A stretch of 64,000 nucleotides of DNA from an uncultured Gammaproteobacteria bacterium (GCA_964424195.1 CAYRHT010000005.1:8864-72863); one strand, 5' to 3'. Positions 9,843-20,616 are shown, numbered from the stretch's first letter. Made by a program: numbers and translations. The notes: generated by a model not told the origin, from the sequence alone.

Positions 9843-11915
9843 ATGTCTATTATTAAGTCAAAAGGAATATTTGTAATTCAGAGAACTATCCTGTTTTTAA
9901 TGGTTTTTGTTTTGTCTTTTAATCCTTTTTTTACTAAAGCTGAAAGAGAAGATATTCTTAATAATCAAGAGTACCCTAAGATAGCTAATTACTTTTTAAG
10001 TTGGTCTTTGAATGATCAGAATATTTTAGATTTGTCTAAATGGGATGTTTTAATTTTAGATATGGAAAATCAAGTTAATAATCCTGAGAGGTTAGAGAGA
10101 ATTAGAGAATTAAATCCAGATATTCTAATTTTAGCCTATGTTCCAGCAGAAGAGATTGCTTATGACTCTCAGAACTACAATTTTACTAGATTAAGAGCAG
10201 GGCAAGTTGCTTATGTTCCAGAATCTTGGTATTTGCATAATACTCAAAGACAGAGATTAAGTTTTTGGCCAGGAGCAGACTTAATGAATGTTACTAATAA
10301 TGTTCCTTTAAAGAATGGAGAAAGATGGAATTCCTATTTAGCTAACTTTGTAAAAAACAGAATTCTTTCTACTGGTTTATGGGACGGTGTTTTTTATGAT
10401 AATACTTCTGCTAGTATCTCTTGGGTTGATTCCGGAAAGATAGATTTGAATAATGATTATCGAGCAGAAAGTAATTCCTATGTTGATGCTCAATGGAAAG
10501 CTGGAACTATGGATATTTTAAGATTAACTAGAGAAGCTAATCCAAATTATATTATTATTGGTAATTCAGCTTCAGACATTGATTTTCAAGAATATTTAAA
10601 TGGAAGAATGTTTGAAACCTTTCCTACTCCTTGGGAATTAAATGGTAGATGGGATCAAGTAACAGATTTATATTTGAATAAATTTCCAGAGAGAAGTTTG
10701 AATCCTCAAGTTTATGTTATAAATTCTAATACTGAAAATACTGGTGAGATGGATAATTATCGAAAAATGCGTTTTGGCTTAACAAGTACTTTATTAGGTA
10801 AAGGGTATTATTCTTTTGATTTTGGAGATCGTTCTCATACTCAGGCTTGGTGGTATGATGAATATAATTCTTTTTTAGGAAATCCTCAGTCTGAAGCATA
10901 TAATCTTTTAGATAATAATAGTCAAGATATGAAGTTAGGACTATGGCGAAGAGATTTTGAAGATGGAGTAGTAATTGTTAATTCTACTAAAGAAGAACAA
11001 ACTCATGTTTTTTCTAAGGAAAGTTTTGAAAAGATAAATGGGCAACAAGACCGAAGAGTTAATAATGGTTCAAAAATTAATTGGTTAAGAATAGCTCCTG
11101 AAGATGGAGTTGTTTTGTTAAAAATAAATACTGATATTATAGATGACAAATATTCAAATGGAAGTTTTATGCGAGTATTTGATTATCAAGGTAATCAGAC
11201 TAGAAATGGTTTCTTTGCTTTTGAAGAGTATCATCAAGGTCAGGTAGAAGTATTGAAAACTGATTTAGATAATGATGAAAAGTTAGAAACTTTAGTGAAT
11301 GGAGAAGGAAAGATTTCTATTTATCAAGATGGTCAAGAAATAAAAAACTTTTATCCTTATACAGAGAATTTTAAAGAACATATTTCTTTTGCAGTCAGTG
11401 ATTTAGATAATGATGGAAACAAAGAAATTATCACAGGAGCTGGACCAGGTGGAGGACCTCATGTTAGAGTCTTTAACAAAGATGGTGAATTGATTGATCC
11501 AGGATTTTTTGCCTATGGACATAACTTTTATGGAGGTATTTCAGTGACAGTCAGTGATTTAGATAATGATGGAAACAAAGAAATTATCACAGGAGCTGGA
11601 CCAGGCGGAGGACCTCATGTTAGAGTCTTTAACAAAGATGGTGAATTGATCAACCAGTTCTTTGCTTACGATGCTAATTTCTATGGTGGTATTACAGTCA
11701 CCACTGGAGATATTAATGGTGATGGTATTCAGGAAATAATTACCAGTCCAGGTCTTGGAGGACAATCTGAAGTTAAAACATTTACTCAGTATGGGTATCT
11801 TTTAGATAGTTTTTTTGCTTACAATAATCAAGATGATAGTAGTACTAGAGTTATTGCTAATGATCTTAATCAAGATGGTGTAGATGAAATATTGGTCAGT
11901 ATCAATGATTTTTAA
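9843..11915 (+). CDS. secreted putative glycoside hydrolase (TIM barrel) with FG-GAP/VCBS repeats
   Basis: Signal peptide; WDGVFYDN, NGRMFETFP, WWYDEY, LWRRDF; C-terminal DLDNDGNKEIITGAGPGGGPHVRVF repeats. Confidence 0.7.
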   Translation: MSIIKSKGIFVIQRTILFLMVFVLSFNPFFTKAEREDILNNQEYPKIANYFLSWSLNDQNILDLSKWDVLILDMENQVNNPERLERIRELNPDILILAYVPAEEIAYDSQNYNFTRLRAGQVAYVPESWYLHNTQRQRLSFWPGADLMNVTNNVPLKNGERWNSYLANFVKNRILSTGLWDGVFYDNTSASISWVDSGKIDLNNDYRAESNSYVDAQWKAGTMDILRLTREANPNYIIIGNSASDIDFQEYLNGRMFETFPTPWELNGRWDQVTDLYLNKFPERSLNPQVYVINSNTENTGEMDNYRKMRFGLTSTLLGKGYYSFDFGDRSHTQAWWYDEYNSFLGNPQSEAYNLLDNNSQDMKLGLWRRDFEDGVVIVNSTKEEQTHVFSKESFEKINGQQDRRVNNGSKINWLRIAPEDGVVLLKINTDIIDDKYSNGSFMRVFDYQGNQTRNGFFAFEEYHQGQVEVLKTDLDNDEKLETLVNGEGKISIYQDGQEIKNFYPYTENFKEHISFAVSDLDNDGNKEIITGAGPGGGPHVRVFNKDGELIDPGFFAYGHNFYGGISVTVSDLDNDGNKEIITGAGPGGGPHVRVFNKDGELINQFFAYDANFYGGITVTTGDINGDGIQEIITSPGLGGQSEVKTFTQYGYLLDSFFAYNNQDDSSTRVIANDLNQDGVDEILVSINDF
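11392..11650 (+). repeat. 103-bp intragenic direct repeat (11392-11494 and 11548-11650)
   Basis: The two copies are identical except for one synonymous T/C change. Confidence 0.9.
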
Positions 11916-11940
11916 TATAATTAATATATAATTAAAATAT

Positions 11941-13731
11941 ATGGATAAAGAACAAAATAAATATAGTCGAGAAAATAACAATCTGAGTGTTATTCCTAGG
12001 AATGATAGTAAGAAGGGAAAAGTTGTTATTGGTACTCTAAATGTTTTAACTAAAGAACGGAGACTTTTGGGTCGTTCTAAAAAGATGAGATGGATTACTG
12101 ATTCTGGATTAATAATTGCAGTAGCTATTTTACTTTTCTTAGGATCTTCTTATTTAATTAGAACTTACAATATTGGTAAAAATGTTATCCTAGAAGCTCG
12201 AACTTTAAGTGAAAGAGTGAGTAGCGGGAATTTAGAAACATTTGAGTTAATTTACAAGAATGATAATAAAGAAAGTATCTATGATGCTAGTATTGCTTTA
12301 GAGCTTCCAGGAAATTTTATTTTAAAAGAAGTTCTGCCAAAGGATATTTTTGATCAAAACACTAATACTGTTAATTTAGGAAATTTAGTTAGTGGAGCTA
12401 ATGGGAAGATAAAAATAAATGGTTATATCTTAGGAGAAGTAAGTTCACGACAATTTATAAGATTCTCTTTAAATTATTCTAAGGACGGTTTTCATCGAAA
12501 GTCTCAGAACCTATTAGCTTATCTAATTGAAGACTCTGTTTTAGATTTTAAATTTTCTTGGCCAAAAGAACTATATCAAGGAGTTCTATTCTCTGATGAA
12601 TTAATTTTACATAATAAAGGACAAAGAGATTTAGAAAATATTAAAGTTGTTTTTGATAAAAATATTGAAATACATAAAGTTGATCAATTTCCAGGTTTGA
12701 ATTTTGATATTAATAATATCTATTTAAATATTTTAAAAAAGAATGAAAAAATACATTTAAATTTAGATTTACTAGTTAAGAATATCCAAGGAGAGTCTAA
12801 TTTAAGTATTGGTTCAGAAGTTAATGGTTTAAGCCAGAAGAAAGTGGAGTCAGAAGTTTTTGTAGAAGTGCCTAGGTTTGGAGTGAATATTCTTTCTGAC
12901 CAAAAACAAATGAAAGCTGGAGAATATTTAAGTTTTAAAGTCAATTATCAAAATAATGAAGATCAGGAAGTAAATAATATTAATTTAGATTTTAAACCAC
13001 TCTCTGGTTTTTTAATTAAAGACTTTAAATTAAAAGATCAGGCTAGATTTACTCAAGATGGACATGTTATTCGTTTTAATAATAGTCTAGCTCCGCAAGA
13101 AAGTGGTAGTTTTAATATTGAAGTATTGTTAAACAGAAGTAAGATGGAATTAAATCAAGAAGCTGGTTTATTTGCTAATATTAATTATACTCATCAAGGA
13201 AAGAGAATCAGTTATCCAAATTATTCTTCTAGGGCTAAGCTCTGTTCTAATTTAAATGTAAAATCAGCTGGCTATTATTACAGTCCTCAGGGTGATCAAT
13301 TAGGAGCTGGACCAGTTCCACCAATGGTGGATATTCCAACTAATTATTGGGTATTTTGGGAGTTAGATAATTTTGGTAATGATTTGGAATCTTTTTCTCT
13401 TTCAGCTGACTTACCAAAAGAATTAGTTTGGACAAATAACAAGAGTGTTTTAGCTGGTAACTTACAATTTGGTGAGATTAGTAGAAGAGTGATTTGGAAT
13501 ATAGATAGTGTTTTAGCTCAAAATGGTAAATATCAAGCTAAGTTTGAAATTGGATTAATTCCAGAAGAAAATGATATTGGAAAAGTATTAGATTTATTAA
13601 AAAATATTCAGTTTTCAGCTGAAGATAGTTTTTGTGGATCTGAGATTTTAGGAAATAAAGAGAAGATAGATACTAATTTAAAAGATGATAATTTAATTTC
13701 AGGACAAGGTAGTGTAGAGGAATTTAAATAA
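11941..13731 (+). CDS. membrane-anchored Ig-like (DUF11-like) surface protein
   Basis: Single TM followed by beta-rich repeats; 'GPVPPMVDIPTNYWVFW' motif common in CPR. Confidence 0.55.
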   Translation: MDKEQNKYSRENNNLSVIPRNDSKKGKVVIGTLNVLTKERRLLGRSKKMRWITDSGLIIAVAILLFLGSSYLIRTYNIGKNVILEARTLSERVSSGNLETFELIYKNDNKESIYDASIALELPGNFILKEVLPKDIFDQNTNTVNLGNLVSGANGKIKINGYILGEVSSRQFIRFSLNYSKDGFHRKSQNLLAYLIEDSVLDFKFSWPKELYQGVLFSDELILHNKGQRDLENIKVVFDKNIEIHKVDQFPGLNFDINNIYLNILKKNEKIHLNLDLLVKNIQGESNLSIGSEVNGLSQKKVESEVFVEVPRFGVNILSDQKQMKAGEYLSFKVNYQNNEDQEVNNINLDFKPLSGFLIKDFKLKDQARFTQDGHVIRFNNSLAPQESGSFNIEVLLNRSKMELNQEAGLFANINYTHQGKRISYPNYSSRAKLCSNLNVKSAGYYYSPQGDQLGAGPVPPMVDIPTNYWVFWELDNFGNDLESFSLSADLPKELVWTNNKSVLAGNLQFGEISRRVIWNIDSVLAQNGKYQAKFEIGLIPEENDIGKVLDLLKNIQFSAEDSFCGSEILGNKEKIDTNLKDDNLISGQGSVEEFK

Positions 13732-13740
13732 AATAAATTT

Positions 13741-15105
13741 ATGAAAAAAACAAGATTAATTTTATTATTCATTATAGTAATTTTGGGAGCTATGTTGGTT
13801 TTATTGGGAGCATATTTTATAAAGAATAGTATCAAAAAAAATGAGTCTAAAGTTTTGAATTCAAATTATGTAATTAATTTAATAGAAAAGCAAAAGATAG
13901 ACGAATACTATTCTAAGGATGAAAATAATATATATTGTAATGACTCTGTTATGAAAATGGTTGATTACAATACATTTCAATCCTTGGGTTATGGATATGC
14001 TAAAGACAAAAATGCTATTTATAAAAATTGCAAGCTCAGTTTATTTAGTGATCTAAAGAGGATAGATCATTTTTCAGAATTAGTTAATAAAATTGATTTA
14101 TCTAGTTTTGAGGTACTAAATTCGATTTATTTTAAGGATAAAAATATTGTTATATTTCAAGATCGTCAAGGTGGTGGTACTGATTTTAGGGAGATAAATG
14201 GAGCTAATCCAAGTAATTTTGAAATTATAGAAAAACAATACTCTAAGGATAAGAATTATTTTTATTTTAAATCCAAAAAATCTGACATTGTTGATTTTAA
14301 TAGTTTAGATTTCAATTTAGAAAATGATCTTTATAAGAATTATGCCAAGGATAAATATGGTGTATATTATGAAGGTCAAAAAATTAATGAAGTTGATTTA
14401 TTAACTTTTGAAGTTATATCTTGTCAGTTAGGTACTGGATGTTTTGCTAAAGATAAAGATAATATTTATTTTGAAGATAAAATTTTAGAAAAGGCGGATG
14501 TTCAAACTTTTGAGATAATGTTTCCAGATCAACCAGAATATGAAAAAGATAAAAATCATGTCTGGAAGAGAGGTGAATTAGTTAAGGACTTTAAAAAGGA
14601 CATAAATTGGCAAGATTTTTCTTTGAATTTAGAGGAAATTGATAGTTGGGAATTATTTAATGACGATTATTTAAGATTAAGTTTTAGAATACCAAGTAAA
14701 TTAAATAATCAAGAAATCGATTATACAGATGCTAGTTACGGATATATGCCATATGAAATAGAAAGATATCAAATAATTGGTTTTGGACTTCCAATGGAAG
14801 AGAATGAATGGAGAGTCTTTGATCACAATTATACAATAGAAATTTATCCCTTTTTAGAAGTAAAAGATTTCCAAAAGGAATTATTAGTTAACAAAGGTAA
14901 TTATTTAATGGATGATCCTTTATATCTGATAGTGAATAATAATAAAGTAATTCTGTATTCAGAGATGGGAATGCTTCCTAATAAAACAGCAATAATTTTT
15001 GGAACAGATAATACGATAATTTTTCATTTAAAAAGCGGAGACAATTCAGATTTGAATAAGATTGATGAATTTAAGAAAATTTTATCAACTATTAATTTAA
15101 AATAA
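13741..15105 (+). CDS. DKNYY-repeat protein
   Basis: Repeated Y(S/A)KDKNxxY units after an N-terminal TM anchor. Confidence 0.8.
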   Translation: MKKTRLILLFIIVILGAMLVLLGAYFIKNSIKKNESKVLNSNYVINLIEKQKIDEYYSKDENNIYCNDSVMKMVDYNTFQSLGYGYAKDKNAIYKNCKLSLFSDLKRIDHFSELVNKIDLSSFEVLNSIYFKDKNIVIFQDRQGGGTDFREINGANPSNFEIIEKQYSKDKNYFYFKSKKSDIVDFNSLDFNLENDLYKNYAKDKYGVYYEGQKINEVDLLTFEVISCQLGTGCFAKDKDNIYFEDKILEKADVQTFEIMFPDQPEYEKDKNHVWKRGELVKDFKKDINWQDFSLNLEEIDSWELFNDDYLRLSFRIPSKLNNQEIDYTDASYGYMPYEIERYQIIGFGLPMEENEWRVFDHNYTIEIYPFLEVKDFQKELLVNKGNYLMDDPLYLIVNNNKVILYSEMGMLPNKTAIIFGTDNTIIFHLKSGDNSDLNKIDEFKKILSTINLK

Positions 15106-15230
15106 TATTGTATTTGTTTAAATAAAGATTTTTTAAAAATAAAAGGCTCTCTGTAGATTATTTACAAAGAGCCTTTTAAAATACTTTTCTTATGTTATGC
15201 TTATAATATATTAAAAATAAATATAAATAT

Positions 15231-16199
15231 ATGCCTTTAGTAACAATGAAACAAGTTTTAGACCATGCTCAAGAGAATAATTATGGTGTTGGAGCTTTTA
15301 ATATCAACAATATGGAGCAAATGCAAGCTGTGATGCAAGCTGCTGCTCAAACTAAAAGCCCAGTGATTATTGGGGCTACTCGAGGAGCTTTGAAATATAC
15401 TGAATTAGTCTATCTCAAGCATCTAATTCGAGCTGCTGTGGAAGAATATCCAGATATTCCGGTAGTAATGCATTTAGATCATGGAGATAATCTAGAAACA
15501 GTTCAGAAAGTTATTGAACTTGGTTTTACATCAGTAATGATTGATGCTTCAGCAGAATCTTTTGAAGATAATATTAGGATTACTAAAGAAGTTGTAGATT
15601 ATGCTCATGGCTTTGGTGTTAGTGTAGAAGCAGAATTGGGAACCTTAGGAGGTATTGAAGAAGATGTTGTTAATGAAGTGCAATTAACTGATCCAGAGCA
15701 AGTACAGGAGTTTGTAGAGAGAACTGGAGTGGATGCTTTAGCAATTGCTATTGGAACTAGTCATGGAGCTTACAAATTTAAATCAGAGCCAAAACTAGCT
15801 TTGGATTTGATAAAAGAAGTTGCTAAGAAAGTTGATGTAGCTTTAGTAATGCATGGTTCAAGCTCAGTACCAGCAGAATTAAGAGACAAGATTAACAAAT
15901 ATGGTGGAGATATGCCAAATGCTTGTGGAGTTCCAATTGAGAGTATTCAAGAAGGAATTAAGAGTGGTGTTGCTAAAATTAATGTGGATACAGATTGTCG
16001 AATGGCTATGACTGGAGAAATTAGAAAAGTATTTACTGATACTCCAGAAAAGTTTGATCCGCGAGATTATCTTGGTCCAGCTCGAGAAGCTATGGTAGAA
16101 ATAGTATCTTCTAGAATGAAGTCTTTTGGTCAAACCGGACATGCTGGGGGTTATGAAGCAATTAGTTTAGATGAAGCCAAAGAAAAGTATTATCAATAA
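15231..16199 (+). CDS. fba: class II fructose-1,6-bisphosphate aldolase
   Basis: HLDHG, VEAELG, GTSHGAYK, VMHGSSS, KINVDTD. Confidence 0.95.
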   Translation: MPLVTMKQVLDHAQENNYGVGAFNINNMEQMQAVMQAAAQTKSPVIIGATRGALKYTELVYLKHLIRAAVEEYPDIPVVMHLDHGDNLETVQKVIELGFTSVMIDASAESFEDNIRITKEVVDYAHGFGVSVEAELGTLGGIEEDVVNEVQLTDPEQVQEFVERTGVDALAIAIGTSHGAYKFKSEPKLALDLIKEVAKKVDVALVMHGSSSVPAELRDKINKYGGDMPNACGVPIESIQEGIKSGVAKINVDTDCRMAMTGEIRKVFTDTPEKFDPRDYLGPAREAMVEIVSSRMKSFGQTGHAGGYEAISLDEAKEKYYQ

Positions 16200-16208
16200 T
16201 TTAAAATA

Positions 16209-17267
16209 ATGACAATTACAGGTAAAAAACAGAAGCAAATAGCGGTAATTACTGGTGGTGGTGATGCTCCAGGATTAAATGCTGTGATTAAAGGAATTGT
16301 AACTAAATCTAAATCCTTAGGTTATGATGTACTTGGTTTTAAACAGGGCTGGAAAGGTTTAATAGAAGATTCTACTTATGGAAGTTTAGATTTAGATGAA
16401 GTAGAAGATATTCATATGACTGGTGGAACAATTTTAGGTTCTTCTCGAACAAATCCATATAAAATTAAAGATGGAGAAGAAAAGATTATTGAATCTCTAA
16501 AGAAAAATAATTGTGATTATTTAATAGCTATTGGAGGAGATGATACTTTAGGAGTAGCTAGTAAGTTGTTTAAGAAGGGAGTTAAAGTAGTAGGAATTCC
16601 TAAAACTATTGATAATGACTTATCAGGAACAGATTGTACTTTTGGTTTTGATACAGCTATTAACAGAGCTATGGAACAAATTGAAAACTTGCATACTACT
16701 GCTAAAAGTCATGACCGAGTAATTGTAGTAGAAGTTATGGGTCGACATGCTGGTTGGTTAACTTTAGATTCTGGTTTAGCTGGTGGTGCTCATTATATTA
16801 TTCTTCCAGAAGAGAAGTTTGATATTGAAGATATTTGTAATTTAGTTAAGAAAAGAAAAACAGAAGGTAAAAGTTATTCTATCATTACTGTTTCTGAAGG
16901 AGCTTTACCAACAAAAGATGATTGGTTTCAAGCAGAAGAGGAAAAAGATGCTTTTGGAAACATAGTTTTAAAAAAGAGAAATATAGCTAAACATCTAGCT
17001 CAAGAGATAGAGAAGAGGACTGGTGTTGATACTAGACATGTGGTTTTAGGACATACTCAGCGAGCTGGTAGTCCTACAGCTTTTGATAGAGTTTTAGGTT
17101 TAAGATTAGGAGTAGAAGCTGTAGGGTTAGTTGATAAGAGTGATTTTGGAAAAATGATAAGTGTGCGAGGTACAGAAATAGAGACTGTAGCTTTAGAAAA
17201 AGCTACAGAGAGAAACAGAATCGTTCCAGAGGAGAGAATTAAGCATATGAAGTTATTTAGAGAGTAG
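16209..17267 (+). CDS. pfkA: 6-phosphofructokinase, PfkA family, PPi-type signature
   Basis: TGGGDAPGLN, GGDDT, PKTIDND, MGRHAG. Confidence 0.9.
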   Translation: MTITGKKQKQIAVITGGGDAPGLNAVIKGIVTKSKSLGYDVLGFKQGWKGLIEDSTYGSLDLDEVEDIHMTGGTILGSSRTNPYKIKDGEEKIIESLKKNNCDYLIAIGGDDTLGVASKLFKKGVKVVGIPKTIDNDLSGTDCTFGFDTAINRAMEQIENLHTTAKSHDRVIVVEVMGRHAGWLTLDSGLAGGAHYIILPEEKFDIEDICNLVKKRKTEGKSYSIITVSEGALPTKDDWFQAEEEKDAFGNIVLKKRNIAKHLAQEIEKRTGVDTRHVVLGHTQRAGSPTAFDRVLGLRLGVEAVGLVDKSDFGKMISVRGTEIETVALEKATERNRIVPEERIKHMKLFRE

Positions 17268-17355
17268 ATTAAAATAGATTAGATTGTATAAAAAAGTCCC
17301 TACTTTTGAGAAGTAAGGACTTTTTAAAAACACTTATTTTATTTAATGCTGTTTA

Positions 17356-17442
17356 TTACTTAATTTTTTCTTTAGGAACTTCTTTCTTTTTAGGGGAATA
17401 ATTTGGAGGCATAAATGAGAATTCAGGGGCTACTTCAGTCAT
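17356..17442 (-). CDS. possible 28-aa small protein MTEVAPEFSFMPPNYSPKKKEVPKEKIK
   Basis: ORF read manually; AT-rich leader like host genes, TGcTATATT upstream, terminator downstream at ~17290-17325. Confidence 0.35.
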   Translation of the reverse strand: MTEVAPEFSFMPPNYSPKKKEVPKEKIK

Positions 17443-17522
17443 ATATTTATTTATTATTTGATTACTTTAATAATATAGCATATTTAGAAAAAGAAAACAG
17501 CTTTGAATTTCAAAGCTGTTTG

Positions 17523-18119
17523 TTAGAGTATAAGTTTTGATTGTTCCCCCTCAAATTCTACAGGAAAACCATAAAGTTCCATTGTCTGAGCTTTTCTTTT
17601 AAACCAATTAAAAATGTAAAGTCGAGATGTTTTTTCGATTTGAAAAGCTTTTAGAAAAACTTTTTTAACTTTTCTTGCTATTGGCTTGGGGGTAAGTCTT
17701 CTCTTCTTGTAATTATAGTGATAGAATTTTTTAAGAGAGGAGAATGTAAGGGGAATAAGCAAAGGAGTTCCAATTTGAGCTTTTTCAAGAAGCCGATCAG
17801 AACACCCTGAACAGCAGATATGATCTTCATTTATTTTAGTATTTTCTCCGATAGTTTGAATCATAAAGTATTCTACTCTTCTGCTTTTGCAAATAGGGCA
17901 GATAGCTGTTGGTTTTACGTTTTTTAATACCCCAAGAAGCCATTTTAAATGTTGATGTATCTTGCTTTCTTCTTTTCGTCCTTTATCTTCTTGTTTTCTG
18001 ATTCCTAGTTGTTGTTCTAGAAATCCAATATCATTTAAGGCTAAGAGACCTAAGGCCTCTCCAGCATGATCTCCAGATTTTAAAATATACGGCCTTTCTG
18101 GAACATATTCCTTTTTCAT
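17523..18119 (-). CDS. hypothetical Zn-finger protein (strong SD)
   Basis: CPIC...CCSGC; AAGGAGG upstream. Confidence 0.55.
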   Translation of the reverse strand: MKKEYVPERPYILKSGDHAGEALGLLALNDIGFLEQQLGIRKQEDKGRKEESKIHQHLKWLLGVLKNVKPTAICPICKSRRVEYFMIQTIGENTKINEDHICCSGCSDRLLEKAQIGTPLLIPLTFSSLKKFYHYNYKKRRLTPKPIARKVKKVFLKAFQIEKTSRLYIFNWFKRKAQTMELYGFPVEFEGEQSKLIL

Positions 18120-18265
18120 TTTTCCTCCTTGATTTTTTTCTTATTTAAATAATAACATAAAAATGTATCATATCTATATAGCTATGTCAATATTCTTGGT
18201 TTTATGATTTGACAAATATATAAATATGATATACATTTACATCATAAGAGTTATATTTATATATT

Positions 18266-18517
18266 ATGGATAAAAAATGTTTAAAATCAGAGTGTTTAAA
18301 GAAATACAAAACCAAGGAAGGTCGTTTTAAGTGTTTGGCTGAATATCGAACTAATGAGATTTTAAGAAAGATAAGAATTTTAGGTAATTGTTCTAATCGA
18401 AGCACTTATAAGTACTCAGAAGAAGAACTTGAAAAAATATTTAATGAATTAGAAGATGCTTTAATCAAAACTAAAGCTAAGTTTACTTTTTCTAAAAAGA
18501 ATAAATTTAAATTATAA
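18266..18517 (+). CDS. conserved small hypothetical protein
   Basis: 'RFKxLAExRTNxIL..IRILGNCSNRSTYxY' pattern; TTGACA promoter upstream. Confidence 0.6.
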   Translation: MDKKCLKSECLKKYKTKEGRFKCLAEYRTNEILRKIRILGNCSNRSTYKYSEEELEKIFNELEDALIKTKAKFTFSKKNKFKL

Positions 18518-18538
18518 TTAATAAATAAAAGAAAAAAT

Positions 18539-18862
18539 ATGGCAAAAATATTAAATGATACAAACTTTGATCAATTTATCAAAGACAATGAAAATGTAAT
18601 GGTAGATTTTTTTGCAGAGTGGTGTGGGCCTTGTAAGATGCTAGGACCAATAGTTGATGAGCTTGCAGAAGAGTTAAAAGATAAAGATGTTAAAATTGTT
18701 AAAGTAAATGTAGAGGAATCACCCAAGTCTGCTCAAAAATTTGAAGTAATGAGTATCCCAACTATTATTTACCTTAAAAAAGGAGAGGCTAAGGAAACTA
18801 CTATGGGATTAATGGATAAAAATTCATTGAAAGAAAAGATAGATGCTTTGATTAGTAGTTAG
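18539..18862 (+). CDS. trxA: thioredoxin
   Basis: WCGPC active site. Confidence 0.95.
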   Translation: MAKILNDTNFDQFIKDNENVMVDFFAEWCGPCKMLGPIVDELAEELKDKDVKIVKVNVEESPKSAQKFEVMSIPTIIYLKKGEAKETTMGLMDKNSLKEKIDALISS

Positions 18863-18938
18863 ACATTTTTAAAACTTGTTGTATAATATATTTTACAGCA
18901 AGTTTATTTTCGAAAAAATATTATTAATAATTTAATAT

Positions 18939-20159
18939 ATGAATCCTTTTTTAAACACTATTGATAATCTAATTAAAGCTGGAAAAATTGCTTCAATTGA
19001 TGAAGAAATTCTTTTAAAGTTACAAAGTCCAGATAGATTTGTGGAAGCCTCTTTACCAGTTAGAATGGATAGTGGTGACTTAAAGTTCTTTAAAGCTTAT
19101 CGAGTGCAATATGATGATAGTCGTGGTCCTTACAAAGGTGGAATTAGATTTCATCCTCAAGTTGATTTAGAAGAAATTAAAGCTCTATCGTCTTTGATGG
19201 CTATTAAATGTGCTGTAGTTAATATTCCAATGGGTGGAGGCAAAGGAGGGGCTTCAGTTAATCCTAAAGAGTTATCAGAGAAAGAATTAGAGAATCTATC
19301 TCGAGCTTGGATTAGAGCTTTTGCAGATGTTATTGGACCAAAAAAAGATGTTCCTGCTCCAGATGTTTACACTAATTCTCAAATCATGGATTGGATGGAA
19401 GATGAGTATTCTCAGATTGTTGGAAAGAAGACTCCAGCCATGATTACTGGTAAGTCATTAGAGAATGGTGGATCTTTAGGAAGAGATAAAGCTACTGGCT
19501 TAGGAGCTTTTTATGTATTTGAAAGTTTATTAAAGAAACTAAACTTAAAAAGTCCTTTAAAGATTGTTATACAAGGATTTGGTAATGCTGGTGGAGTATT
19601 TACAGACTTTGCTCAGGAAGCCGGGTACAAGATTGTAGCTGTTTCTGATTCTCAAGGTGGAATTTATAATGAGAATGGTTTAGATATAGGAAGCCTTAAG
19701 AAACATAAAAAAGAAACTGGTTCTGTTCAGGACTTTTCAGGAGCTCAGAATATAAGTAATGAAGAGTTATTAGAACTATCAGTAGATGTTTTAAGTTTAG
19801 CAGCTTTAGAAAATCAAATTACTAATGAAAATGCAGATAATATTAAAGCTAATCTGGTACTAGAAGTTGCTAATAGTCCAATTACTAAAGATGCAGATGA
19901 AATATTAGAGAAAAAAGGTATTATAGTTTTACCTGATATTTTAACTAATGCTGGTGGAGTAGTAGTTTCCTACTTTGAATGGTTTCAGAATACGAATGAT
20001 GAAAAATGGGAGTTAGATAAAATTAATCAAGAATTAAAAGAAATAATGAATAAAGCTTTTAATGAAGTTTGGGATATTAGTGAAAAACATCAGACTAGTT
20101 TAAGAATGAGCGCTTTTATTTCAGCTTTACAAAGATTAGAAAAATCTATTAAGTTATAA
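18939..20159 (+). CDS. gdhA: Glu/Leu/Phe/Val dehydrogenase (glutamate dehydrogenase)
   Basis: GPYKGGIRFHP, GGGKGG, DVPAPDV, QGFGNAG, NAGGVVVSYFEW. Confidence 0.92.
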   Translation: MNPFLNTIDNLIKAGKIASIDEEILLKLQSPDRFVEASLPVRMDSGDLKFFKAYRVQYDDSRGPYKGGIRFHPQVDLEEIKALSSLMAIKCAVVNIPMGGGKGGASVNPKELSEKELENLSRAWIRAFADVIGPKKDVPAPDVYTNSQIMDWMEDEYSQIVGKKTPAMITGKSLENGGSLGRDKATGLGAFYVFESLLKKLNLKSPLKIVIQGFGNAGGVFTDFAQEAGYKIVAVSDSQGGIYNENGLDIGSLKKHKKETGSVQDFSGAQNISNEELLELSVDVLSLAALENQITNENADNIKANLVLEVANSPITKDADEILEKKGIIVLPDILTNAGGVVVSYFEWFQNTNDEKWELDKINQELKEIMNKAFNEVWDISEKHQTSLRMSAFISALQRLEKSIKL

Positions 20160-20174
20160 AAAGTTTTTAATATA

Positions 20175-20206
20175 AAAAAAGAACCGAGTTAAGCTCGGTT
20201 CTTTTA
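20175..20206. terminator. bidirectional terminator
   Basis: AAAAGAACCGAG-TTAAG-CTCGGTTCTTTT between convergent genes. Confidence 0.8.
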
Positions 20207-20220
20207 AATTTAAATAGTAT

Positions 20221-20616
20221 TTATTTCTGACATCCGCAATCTCTTATTCCTTTACTAAGACCCCTACCCATTCCTATTTTTCCTTCAATTCCTAATTCTT
20301 TCATTATTTCTTGGGCTCCTTTATAATCTCCTGCTTGTTTTAGTCGATGAGCTTCTTGGAATCTAGCAAAGTTATCAGCAGTGATATAGTCAGTTATTTT
20401 TCGTCTTTCTTCTAAGGCTTCTTTCCATTCTTCAAAGGTACCGCTTTCCATAATTTCTTGCATTTTTGCTTGATGAGCTTCTCTTTCAACTTTTATCTCA
20501 GTAGTAAGTTCTGGCCGATTCATTTCTCTCTTTTCTTTTATTTGAGCATCCACTAAAGATACTGTTCCCGCTGTTATTACTAAAGCAATAGCAGCGATAA
20601 GTAACGTCTTTTTCAT
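20221..20616 (-). CDS. secreted helical hypothetical protein, probable ECF target
   Basis: Signal peptide; 'ITADNFARFQEAHRL' motif; TTGCGTAATA ECF-like -10 upstream, as before the sigma gene. Confidence 0.55.
   Translation of the reverse strand: MKKTLLIAAIALVITAGTVSLVDAQIKEKREMNRPELTTEIKVEREAHQAKMQEIMESGTFEEWKEALEERRKITDYITADNFARFQEAHRLKQAGDYKGAQEIMKELGIEGKIGMGRGLSKGIRDCGCQK

Noticed and set aside
11392-11650. Possible DGR template/variable repeat pair
   Set aside because: Only one T/C mismatch, no adenine-specific pattern, and no reverse transcriptase in the window.
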